From an uncultured virus (IMG/VR IMGVR_UViG_3300031857_014466) (taxonomy: Duplodnaviria; Heunggongvirae; Uroviricota; Caudoviricetes): DNA of 59,323 nt. The DNA lies in IMG/VR virus record IMGVR_UViG_3300031857_014466; one strand, written 5' to 3'. This document shows positions 46,237-54,995 of the stretch, piece by piece. The notes beneath the pieces were generated by a model. The model saw only the letters and a list, made by a program, of their open reading frames with translations. It searched no databases and was not told the origin of the DNA. The position numbers and the translations under genes were made by a program. Positions within the stretch are counted from its first letter, which is position 1; each line of letters opens with the position of its first letter.

Positions 46237-47594
46237 TTAAATTAATTATATTTGATTTAGATGGTGTATTAGTTGAAGCAAAACAAATTCACTTTGATAC
46301 GTTAAATCAAGCTCTCAGAGAAATTGATAAAAAGTTTGTTATTACCGAAGCTGAACACCTTTCAATATATGATGGTTTGAAAACAACACAAAAATTAGAC
46401 TTACTCAAAAAGAACAAAGGATTGCATCAGGACTTTTATGATGATATTTGGTATAGAAAACAACATCTAACTATTGAAGCAATTTCACAATTAGAGCCGG
46501 ATTTAGATAAAATCCAATTATTTAAAGAACTAAGAGATAGAGGTTATCAGCTTGCATGTTGTTCAAACTCAATTAGAAGGTCTGTATTGGTTATGCTTTC
46601 AAAGATAGGTATAATTGAGTATATGGATTTAATCCTTTCTAATGAGGATGTAAAGAACTCCAAACCGCATCCTGAAATGTATTGGAAAGCTATGAGTATG
46701 ATGGGGGTACTACCCGAAGAAACTCTTATTGTAGAAGATTCTCCGCATGGTTTATTAGCGGCAAGTAGAAGTAGAGCAAATGTACTTAGAGTAGATTCGC
46801 CAAAAGATTTGGAAATATCAAAAATTATTCGTAAATTAGAGGAAACTAAAACTATGAGCATACCAAAGTGGCAAGGTGGTAAGATGAATGTTCTTATTCC
46901 AATGGCAGGAGCTGGAAGTAGATTTCAGCAAGCAGGATATACATTCCCAAAACCATTAATTGATGTGGAAGGAAAACCAATGATTCAGGTTGTTGCGGAT
47001 AATTTAAACATAGAAGCAACATTTATTTATGTGGTTCAGAAAGAACATAGAGAGAAATACAACTTAGATACTCTTTTAAACTTAATCACTCCTAATTGTA
47101 AGATTGTTGAAGTAGATGGTATGACCGAAGGGGCTGCATGTACAACACTTTTAGCAAAAGAATTTATAAACAATGATGAACCATTATTAATGGCAAACTC
47201 TGACCAATTTGTGGAGTGGGATTCGAATGAGTTTATGTATAAAATGATTGAACAAAAAGTTGATGGTGGTATTCTTACATTTAAAGCAACACATCCTAAG
47301 TGGTCATTTGCTAAAGTAAATGAGTATGGGTATGTAACTGAAGTAGCTGAAAAGAATCCAATTTCAGATATAGCAACTGTTGGTGTTTATTATTGGGCAA
47401 AGGGAAGTGATTATGTAAAATACGCAGAACAAATGATTCAAAAGAATATCAGAGTAAATAATGAATTTTATGTTTGTCCTGTTTTTAATGAAGCAATTGG
47501 TGATGGTAAGAAAATTAAAACATTTAATATAGAAAAAATGTGGGGATTGGGTACACCAGAGGATTTAAAATATTATTTAGAAAATAAAAAATAA
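46233..47594 (+). CDS. HAD phosphatase fused to a sugar nucleotidyltransferase-like domain
   Basis: FDLDGVL..KPHPE..VEDS (HAD); IPMAGAGSRF..PKPLI..NSDQ..EK..GLGTPEDL (NTP transferase). Confidence 0.88.
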   Translation: MIKLIIFDLDGVLVEAKQIHFDTLNQALREIDKKFVITEAEHLSIYDGLKTTQKLDLLKKNKGLHQDFYDDIWYRKQHLTIEAISQLEPDLDKIQLFKELRDRGYQLACCSNSIRRSVLVMLSKIGIIEYMDLILSNEDVKNSKPHPEMYWKAMSMMGVLPEETLIVEDSPHGLLAASRSRANVLRVDSPKDLEISKIIRKLEETKTMSIPKWQGGKMNVLIPMAGAGSRFQQAGYTFPKPLIDVEGKPMIQVVADNLNIEATFIYVVQKEHREKYNLDTLLNLITPNCKIVEVDGMTEGAACTTLLAKEFINNDEPLLMANSDQFVEWDSNEFMYKMIEQKVDGGILTFKATHPKWSFAKVNEYGYVTEVAEKNPISDIATVGVYYWAKGSDYVKYAEQMIQKNIRVNNEFYVCPVFNEAIGDGKKIKTFNIEKMWGLGTPEDLKYYLENKK

Positions 47595-48826
47595 TGGCAC
47601 AATATCAACGTATAACATTTATAATTCCTTGCAGAAATAACGTAAAGTATTTGAAGCAAGCAATTGGTAGTATAGAAGATTGTTATGGTGATACTCACAA
47701 TATAATAATTTTAGATGATGCTTCGAATGATGGTACTTGGGAATGGGTTCAATTAATGGAAGAAAAACACCCATATATAAAAGGATACAGAAACGAAGGC
47801 CCGGAAAGAGTTGGGCACACTGTTTTGTATGATATAGGAATCAATATGGCACAAACACCTGTTGTAACTATACTACATTCTGATATGATTGTAACACAAA
47901 ACTATGTAGGTAATATGTTGAAGCACTTAGAACCACTAAACGTAGTTTCGGCAACTCGTATCGAACCACCATTACACCCACCTGGTCCTGAAAAGTATGT
48001 GGAGAACTTTGGAATGGAACCTGAAGAATTTAATACTGATGCTTTCAGAAAATTTGTATATGAAAAGGAATATGTAATGGAAGGAAAAACAACTCAAGGT
48101 ATATTCGCACCTTGGATGTTATTCAAAGAAGATTTTGTTTGTATTGGTGGGCATGATAAATTATTTGCACCAATGGAGTTGGAAGATTCTGACCTATTCA
48201 ATCGTTTTCATTTACAACAATATAAGTTGATTCAAAGTAGAGATGCTTTTGTATATCATATGACTTGTAGAGGTAGTAGATTCAAAGATGGTATTAAGAT
48301 TGAAAGAATTATTGATTTACCTGATGGAACTAAGTGGTATAAGCCTGAAGATTCTGTTGAATACACTTTACTACGTCAAAATAAATTCAAAGAGTGGTGG
48401 AGAAAATGGCATACTGATGTTTTACATGATGAACTTATGATGCCTATTGTTGGTAATCGTTATGATACTACATTCGTTGTACATAATTGTAATCCACAAA
48501 TACTTGCAGCATTAGAACCTTGGTGTGATAGAATTTATGTAGATTGTGAATATAAAGAATTTGCTCAACAAGAGCAAACACAATCTATGTTTGATTTAAG
48601 TGATAAATTTCATTCAATTGGAGATACAATGAAAGGTGATGTTCAAATCCTTTTCGATGGGGCTAAATTGAATAATAATAACTTTACAACTTTTGTTAAA
48701 AATATACCTTTTATAATTCAGCAAACTGACCAATTGGGTAGTTTTGAATGGGATATATTCCAAATACACATATTTAATTTAAACTCAAAAGATATGGTTT
48801 ATCCATTCTTTAAAAATGTATTTTAA
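47594..48826 (+). CDS. Glycosyltransferase, GT2 family
   Basis: IIPCRNN, ILDDASNDGT, LHSDM, IGGHD..F...EDSD. Confidence 0.88.
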   Translation: MAQYQRITFIIPCRNNVKYLKQAIGSIEDCYGDTHNIIILDDASNDGTWEWVQLMEEKHPYIKGYRNEGPERVGHTVLYDIGINMAQTPVVTILHSDMIVTQNYVGNMLKHLEPLNVVSATRIEPPLHPPGPEKYVENFGMEPEEFNTDAFRKFVYEKEYVMEGKTTQGIFAPWMLFKEDFVCIGGHDKLFAPMELEDSDLFNRFHLQQYKLIQSRDAFVYHMTCRGSRFKDGIKIERIIDLPDGTKWYKPEDSVEYTLLRQNKFKEWWRKWHTDVLHDELMMPIVGNRYDTTFVVHNCNPQILAALEPWCDRIYVDCEYKEFAQQEQTQSMFDLSDKFHSIGDTMKGDVQILFDGAKLNNNNFTTFVKNIPFIIQQTDQLGSFEWDIFQIHIFNLNSKDMVYPFFKNVF

Positions 48827-49725
48827 TGGCTAAGAAAAGAACACTTATTTGCATACATGTAATGCCATCTGAATTGGAAATGTTTGAAAGATTATTACTT
48901 CAAATGAAAAAAGCTTTTCAATATTTAAATTCCGATGATGATGTAACACTTAAAGTAACATTAAACCTAAATCCAGAATTAACTGATTGGAAAGAAAGTA
49001 AATTGAAGCAAGGATATTTTGTAAGCCGTTTTGGTATATTGTTTAATGGATTGAAAAATATAAATGAAGTAATATTAGATACTTCTTGTTGGGGTACTAC
49101 ACAACAAAAAAGAGAATCAATTAAATTAGATTATGACCAATTTATATTTTGTGATACGGATATTCTTTTTCACGAACAAATGCTTAAACACCAATTAAAC
49201 GCATCATATCAATTAGATGGAATTTATATAATTTCACCATCATTGGCTAAATGGTGGGATAATAGTTGGGATTCTTTGTGCCACTTTGAGTATATTGATA
49301 AACCATATGGTACTGGTATAGATGATAGAGATGTTATGTTTGGTGCATTAACTCAAACAATTTCAAAAGTTCATTTTAGACAAATACCAACAATTAAATT
49401 TGGGTGTGGAATGCATACATTGTATTCTAAATCATTTTGGGAATTTGTTACAATACCAGAAGAATTGGGTGGATATGGGCCCGAAGATACATACGGAATG
49501 GAATCGGCAAATATAGCAAGAAGATTGGGGTATAACATTCAACAATTTGTTATGGATGGTATATACATAACAGAAGATTATGTCAATAGAAAACCTTCTT
49601 TCATAGATGATATTAAACCAATAGATAAGAAAAAAGAGTTTTACGATACGGCTCACTCTAAAGGTAGGGAATTGGTTGCTAGTTTTGCTACGAAATTAAT
49701 TCAAAAAAATCAACCTAATCTTTAA
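48826..49725 (+). CDS. Putative GT-A glycosyltransferase
   Basis: FCDTD (DxD), GGYGPEDT. Confidence 0.55.
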   Translation: MAKKRTLICIHVMPSELEMFERLLLQMKKAFQYLNSDDDVTLKVTLNLNPELTDWKESKLKQGYFVSRFGILFNGLKNINEVILDTSCWGTTQQKRESIKLDYDQFIFCDTDILFHEQMLKHQLNASYQLDGIYIISPSLAKWWDNSWDSLCHFEYIDKPYGTGIDDRDVMFGALTQTISKVHFRQIPTIKFGCGMHTLYSKSFWEFVTIPEELGGYGPEDTYGMESANIARRLGYNIQQFVMDGIYITEDYVNRKPSFIDDIKPIDKKKEFYDTAHSKGRELVASFATKLIQKNQPNL

Positions 49726-49730
49726 TTTAT

Positions 49731-49739
49731 ATATTTATA
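49731..49739 (+). promoter_or_regulatory. Putative late promoter ATATTTATA
   Basis: Recurrent motif at the head of the operon that includes bS21. Confidence 0.55.
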
Positions 49740-49756
49740 CAGGTAAAATTGTATAA

Positions 49757-50113
49757 ATGGAAAATATAAAACAAAAAATCCGTTCAATTATAAGGGAAAA
49801 TTTCATAAAAGAAATGCATCAAAATGATTTACATTTTCGTGCAATTATGAAATATTACGATAAAGGAACTCCTTCAACCAAAAAGCAAGTAGCTATTGTT
49901 GTGACCGGTAAGAAAACATCTAATAGAGGACAGGTTGTAAATGACCTATTGGATATGGATTATCACGAAATTTTAGATACTGAAAAGAGATTGAAGTTCG
50001 TAAAAGAGTACTTTGATAAGAAAGGACAAGAAAGAGTTGCAGCAGCGTTACCCCAAACACAGGAGGAAGAACCTGAGGATACAACATTTATAGCAAAAGC
50101 AAACGTTAAGTAA
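49757..50113 (+). CDS. Hypothetical protein
   Basis: 118 aa ORF after the late motif; N-terminal IRSIIRE. Confidence 0.65.
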   Translation: MENIKQKIRSIIRENFIKEMHQNDLHFRAIMKYYDKGTPSTKKQVAIVVTGKKTSNRGQVVNDLLDMDYHEILDTEKRLKFVKEYFDKKGQERVAAALPQTQEEEPEDTTFIAKANVK

Positions 50114-50114
50114 A

Positions 50115-50447
50115 ATGGACATGAATAACATCTATACCGTAATAGGTACAGCCATAACTGTTTTGGGTGGAGCATCTGCATGGAGATTCTATGAGAAACG
50201 TGCGGAGAAAAGAGAGAAGGATGAGGATTTCATCAAAAAAGATTGCAGAGATAGAATCACCAAATTGGAAGCCCTTTTAGTATCATCTTCAAAAGAGAAA
50301 GATGAACTTCGTAAGATGGTTTTAGATATGACAGCTAAAGTTGCTGGACTTGAAGTAAAAGTTCAGTTCTTAGAAGGTGAAAATCTAAAACTATATGCTG
50401 AATTGGGTAAGAAACCGGTTAGAGGTAAAAAATTGTTGAACGGATAA
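50115..50447 (+). CDS. Membrane-anchored coiled-coil protein (possibly holin-like)
   Basis: N-terminal hydrophobic segment (VIGTAITVLGGASAW) followed by a heptad coiled coil and basic tail. Confidence 0.55.
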   Translation: MDMNNIYTVIGTAITVLGGASAWRFYEKRAEKREKDEDFIKKDCRDRITKLEALLVSSSKEKDELRKMVLDMTAKVAGLEVKVQFLEGENLKLYAELGKKPVRGKKLLNG

Positions 50448-50448
50448 T

Positions 50449-51141
50449 ATGCCAATATCAAGAACACTATTTACTGAAGATAAAAAGTTGAGAGTATTTG
50501 ATTTTGATGATACACTTGTCAAAACAACATCTTTTATTTATGTAACTCATTCAAATGGTAAAAAATCAAAATTAACTCCTGGTGAATATGCAGTTTACAA
50601 AGAGCAGCCGGGTGATGAATTTGATTATACTGATTTTCAAAAGGTATCCAATCCAAAACTAATTAAAGGATATTTTGAATTATTAAAAAGAATGTCAGCA
50701 TCTGATGGTGGTAGAAAGATTTTCATACTAACCGCTCGTTCAGCATATAGACCTGTTTATGATTTTATTAGAAATTTAGGTATTAGAAACTTAGAGGTAG
50801 TTGCATTAGGTGATGCCAATCCTGAAAAGAAAGCGGATTGGATAGAAGGGAAAGTAAAAGATGAAGGATATGATGATGTGTTTTTTGTAGATGACTCACT
50901 AAAAAATGTACAGGCGGTAAAAAGTAGATTATCAAAGTATCCAAAAGTTAAGCAAAAAATTCAGCACGTTAAATCTAAAGAGTTACCACAACCTAAACCA
51001 AGCATACCACTACCAAAAGCTGATTTGAATAAAACCATCAAAAATCCTGATACTGGTAGAGATATTAAACTAAAATCGGCACTTCATTACGATAAGGATT
51101 CCAAAGTATATAAGTCAGCAATTAGTCAAATTAAAAAATAA
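50449..51141 (+). CDS. HAD-superfamily phosphatase (PNK-phosphatase / RNA-repair-like)
   Basis: FDFDDTL, ILTAR, K, FFVDDS..N. Confidence 0.8.
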   Translation: MPISRTLFTEDKKLRVFDFDDTLVKTTSFIYVTHSNGKKSKLTPGEYAVYKEQPGDEFDYTDFQKVSNPKLIKGYFELLKRMSASDGGRKIFILTARSAYRPVYDFIRNLGIRNLEVVALGDANPEKKADWIEGKVKDEGYDDVFFVDDSLKNVQAVKSRLSKYPKVKQKIQHVKSKELPQPKPSIPLPKADLNKTIKNPDTGRDIKLKSALHYDKDSKVYKSAISQIKK

Positions 51142-51145
51142 ACAT

Positions 51146-51412
51146 ATGGGTGCACCAATCGTTATAGTGGACTGCACAAAGCAGGACATCAACAAAGCTC
51201 TAAAAGAGTTCAAAAGAAAGGTTATCAAATCCGGCCACATTATGGAATTGAGAAACCGAAAAGAATATACAAAACCAACAACCCAAAAAAGGGAAGAATT
51301 ACAAAAAGCAATTAGAAAGCAGCAGAGAGAAACAATACTTGATAAAATAGCTGCTGGGACACTTCCACAATCGGCTCTACCTACAAAAAAGAGAAAATCA
51401 TTTAAGGATTAG
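51146..51412 (+). CDS. rpsU: Phage-encoded 30S ribosomal protein bS21
   Basis: I.KALK.FKRKV..SG...ELR.RKEY.KPT..KR....KA.RK. Confidence 0.88.
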   Translation: MGAPIVIVDCTKQDINKALKEFKRKVIKSGHIMELRNRKEYTKPTTQKREELQKAIRKQQRETILDKIAAGTLPQSALPTKKRKSFKD

Positions 51413-51429
51413 TTTTATCTTATTTTTCA

Positions 51430-51438
51430 ATATTTATA
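51430..51438 (+). promoter_or_regulatory. Putative late promoter ATATTTATA
   Basis: Recurrent motif before a structural gene. Confidence 0.55.
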
Positions 51439-51476
51439 AGAGTTAAATACCAACTTTACGAAAATAATATTGAAAA

Positions 51477-54400
51477 ATGGCAGATAAGAAGATAACCGAA
51501 TTACCCTTTATAACCGATATAACGGCTTCAATAGGTAGTTCTCCAAGTAATACAACAGTAATTCCAGTAGTTTTATATGGAACTACAAACCAAATTACAG
51601 CTGATAATTTAAAGGATAATTTTATTAGAAATGTAAGGGGTACTGTAAAAGATATTCAGACTTATACATCTTCTTTAAAAGGTGCTGTGACCGTACGTGG
51701 TAATGGTATTGAAGTAGCTGGTAATTTAGAAGTTCAGGGTAATATGAGTGTAAAAGGTACTATTTTTACACAATACGAAACATCTTCAATAATATATACA
51801 AGCGGTTCAACAAAATTTGGTAATTCATTTGATGATTTGCATGAGTTTACAGGCTCAGTAGTTTCAACTGGTTCATATACAATAAATGGAGAAGACTATA
51901 CCTTTTATAGTAGTTCAAATTCGGAAGTATTCACAACTTTTAGTAGCTCTAATTCAACAGCAATAACATCATTTAGTAGTTCAAACTCTACATTATTTAC
52001 AAACTTTAGTAGCTCTAATTCAACGGTATTTACAAACTACAGTAGTTCAGAATCTACATTATTTACAAACTTTAGTAGTTCTAATTCCAGCTACAACACA
52101 ACTTTCAGTAGTTCTAATGAAACTTATGTTACTGCATTAAGTAGCTCTAATTCCAGCTACAACACAACTTTTAGTAGTTCAAACTCAACATATATTACAG
52201 CTTTGAGCAGTTCAAACTCTAGCTATAACACAACTTTCAGCAGTTCAAACGCAACATATGTTACAGCTTTGAGCAGTTCAAACTCTAGCTACAATACAAC
52301 TTTTAGTAGCTCTAATTCAAGTTACAATACAACTTTTAGTAGCTCAAATGCAACATATGTAACTGCGCTGAGTAGTTCAAACTCTACAACTTTTACAAAT
52401 TATAGTTCATCAACTGCTGGAACAATAAATGGTTTATCATCCGGTGTAACAAATGAATTAAATAGAGTATATCAAACAACGGCATCTTTACAAGACCAAA
52501 CTTCTTCTTTATTAGCATTTACGGCTTCGCAAGTAAATAGAAATACAACTCTATCAATTGTAACAGGTTCTCTTAATAATTTTACTGCTTCTCAAGATAA
52601 TAGAAACTTTACATTATCTCAAGTTACGGGTTCATTGATTGGTATTACAAACGGATTGATGGCATTTACCGCATCGTTGGATAATACATATGCAACCGAT
52701 GCCCAACTGTATCAATTATATCAGGCAACTCGTTCATTAGAATTACTTAGTGGTTCTATGATTGGTATAACAAATGGATTGATGTCATTCAGTGCATCAA
52801 CCAATAATAGTATTGTTGGGGTATCTGCTTTTACATCTTCTCAATTAGCAGTAAATTTAGGAACTTCAATAGTAACCTCATCTTTGAATGCATTTACTGC
52901 ATCTGCAAGAATTGAGTTAAATAGTATCGAAGCTTATACGGCATCATTAAAAGCCGCAGCGATTGTTTCTTCATCAACTCAAATATCAAATTATTATAAG
53001 TTTGCAGAAACAGCATCAGCAAATACTTTCTATGATACACAAACAATACAGGGCAATTTACATCTAAGCAGTACATCACCATTATTGTATAATGCATCAA
53101 ATACAAACGCAATGTTATTTGGTTTCTTTGATGGTAGTTCAATTTATGGACCTTATTACCAAATATTTGGAAGTAATTATTCAAATGTATCTCAGAGAGG
53201 TTCTGCAGAATTTGTATTTGATAGTAGAAATAGTGGATATACTGGATTTAATGTTGCAGAATTTAATGGAAGTACATGGTTAAGAAAGTTCAGAGTATCT
53301 CCATATGGAGCAGAGGTAACTGGTTCATTGAATGTAACCGAACAAATTTCTTCAGTAGGAATTACCGCATCTATATTAGCAACTAATAGTGTAGTATCAT
53401 CTTCACAACAAATTATTGATTATAATAAATTTGCATTAACCGCATCCGCAAACACATTCTATGGTACTCAATCGGTAACTGGTTCTGTAAAAATAAGTGG
53501 AAGTATTGATGATATTTCATATATTGATTTTGACCAAAAGGATTCAACAACCGCAGTAGCAAGACTTGGTTGGGATACTGGTGAAGGTACATTGACATTA
53601 GGACTAAGCGGCGGAAATTTAGATATGCCAATTGGTGTTATTGATTTTGAAACTGTATATAACGCCGATTCTTCTTCAATATCAAAAGGTGAAACGGTTA
53701 GAATAAGTGGTGCACAAGGTAATAGAGTTGCAGTTAAAAAAGCACACTCACAAAGCGATGACGGTTCGGCAACAATATTAGGTTTAGCAGCAGAAACAAT
53801 TGGAGTAGGTGCAGAAGGTAAGGTGGTAACATCAGGTCCACTAAAAGGTATAAACACATTAGCATATAGTCAAGGTGACCTACTATGGTTAGGAACTGCA
53901 GCTGGTAGTGTGACAGTAGAAAAACCACAAGCTCCTGTACATCTTATTCAAGTTGGTGTAGTACAAAGAGTACATGCATCAGTTGGTATTATTAATGTGT
54001 TTGTGCAAAATGGCTACGAAATTGATGAATTGCATGATGTAAGAATAACAACCGCATCTTTGGCATACAATCAGTTATTGGCAAGAAGTGGTAGTGTTTG
54101 GAGAAACGAAACAATCGGAAACTTAGGAATTGCGGTAACTGGTTCAAATACATTTATTGGTACACAAACTATAAGTGGTTCGTTATTGGTAAGTGGTTCA
54201 ACTTTATTTAGTGGAACTCACACATTAAGTGGAACAAACACAATTACGGGTAACACTGTATTAAGTGGTAGTATAATTGTAAGTGGTAGTTCTGATTTCA
54301 AAAATTCAGTATTTGTAGTCACAGGTTCTTCACATTTTACAGGTTCTCATTTTGTAGATGGAGCATCGGTATTTAGTGGTAGTATTTATATATCAAGTGG

Positions 54401-54902
54401 TTCATCCTATTATAGAGCAGGAAACAAATTATTCAACTATGGACAGTGGTGTTCATTAGAAACTCAAACTGGTTCTGCTAATACCGCATATGGAATGAAA
54501 TTTGAAACAAAAATTAATGGTTCTGAAGGAGTTTATGTTTCAAATAATCTTTCTAATTTTCCAACAAGAATTTATGTAGAAAATACGGGTATGTATAATA
54601 TTCAATTTTCTTCACAATTACATACAACTACGGCAGCAGCAGTTGATTTTTCGGTTTGGTTATCTAAAGATGGAACAAACATTACAAACTCTAATAGTGA
54701 ATATACAATAGAAATAGTTGCGGGTGGGGGTTTTCTTGCCGCAGCACGTAATTTTTTAGAACCAATAACAAGTGGAAGTTACATTGAATTATTCTGGTCA
54801 GCAACAACTGCAAACGGCGAATTATTATATAAAGGAACTCAGTCAACACCAACTAGACCAGCAACACCATCTTGTATAGTTACTGTGACACAAATTGCAT
54901 AA
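51477..54902 (+). CDS. Ser/Thr-rich tail-fibre-like structural protein
   Basis: MADKKITELP N-terminus, SGST.FG...DD.H.FTGS, 11-aa SSSN repeats, ELHDV.I, C-terminal G.YNIQFS.Q...YIELFW..P.TPS.IVTVTQ beta domain. Confidence 0.75.
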   Translation: MADKKITELPFITDITASIGSSPSNTTVIPVVLYGTTNQITADNLKDNFIRNVRGTVKDIQTYTSSLKGAVTVRGNGIEVAGNLEVQGNMSVKGTIFTQYETSSIIYTSGSTKFGNSFDDLHEFTGSVVSTGSYTINGEDYTFYSSSNSEVFTTFSSSNSTAITSFSSSNSTLFTNFSSSNSTVFTNYSSSESTLFTNFSSSNSSYNTTFSSSNETYVTALSSSNSSYNTTFSSSNSTYITALSSSNSSYNTTFSSSNATYVTALSSSNSSYNTTFSSSNSSYNTTFSSSNATYVTALSSSNSTTFTNYSSSTAGTINGLSSGVTNELNRVYQTTASLQDQTSSLLAFTASQVNRNTTLSIVTGSLNNFTASQDNRNFTLSQVTGSLIGITNGLMAFTASLDNTYATDAQLYQLYQATRSLELLSGSMIGITNGLMSFSASTNNSIVGVSAFTSSQLAVNLGTSIVTSSLNAFTASARIELNSIEAYTASLKAAAIVSSSTQISNYYKFAETASANTFYDTQTIQGNLHLSSTSPLLYNASNTNAMLFGFFDGSSIYGPYYQIFGSNYSNVSQRGSAEFVFDSRNSGYTGFNVAEFNGSTWLRKFRVSPYGAEVTGSLNVTEQISSVGITASILATNSVVSSSQQIIDYNKFALTASANTFYGTQSVTGSVKISGSIDDISYIDFDQKDSTTAVARLGWDTGEGTLTLGLSGGNLDMPIGVIDFETVYNADSSSISKGETVRISGAQGNRVAVKKAHSQSDDGSATILGLAAETIGVGAEGKVVTSGPLKGINTLAYSQGDLLWLGTAAGSVTVEKPQAPVHLIQVGVVQRVHASVGIINVFVQNGYEIDELHDVRITTASLAYNQLLARSGSVWRNETIGNLGIAVTGSNTFIGTQTISGSLLVSGSTLFSGTHTLSGTNTITGNTVLSGSIIVSGSSDFKNSVFVVTGSSHFTGSHFVDGASVFSGSIYISSGSSYYRAGNKLFNYGQWCSLETQTGSANTAYGMKFETKINGSEGVYVSNNLSNFPTRIYVENTGMYNIQFSSQLHTTTAAAVDFSVWLSKDGTNITNSNSEYTIEIVAGGGFLAAARNFLEPITSGSYIELFWSATTANGELLYKGTQSTPTRPATPSCIVTVTQIA
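51906..52412 (+). repeat. 15 full plus one partial 33-bp coding repeats ([F/L/Y]SSSNxxxxTx)
   Basis: Exact 11-codon period from 51906 to 52401. Confidence 0.92.
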
Positions 54903-54905
54903 GGT

Positions 54906-54995
54906 ATGGCAATAAACAAAGTATATGTATCAATAAATGCAGTGGCGGCAGATGGTAGTGGTAATTATGATAAGATACAATACAATAAATTATAA
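54906..54995 (+). CDS. 29 aa micro-ORF or gene remnant
   Basis: MAINKVYVSINAVAADGSGNYDKIQYNKL; starts 3 nt after the upstream stop and its stop overlaps the next ATG (TAATG). Confidence 0.45.
   Translation: MAINKVYVSINAVAADGSGNYDKIQYNKL

Noticed and set aside
26779..49725. Bacterial O-antigen/capsule locus (host contamination or prophage flank)
   Set aside because: No wzx/wzy/wzz/ABC or priming transferase; the cluster is interleaved with a phage fibre gene and shares strand, promoter motifs and apparent GATC avoidance with the phage genes
51906..52412. 33-bp and 63-bp (30741-31103) repeats as CRISPR or DGR template/variable repeats
   Set aside because: They are in-frame coding repeats varying mainly at synonymous positions; no spacers, adenine-specific variation or reverse transcriptase
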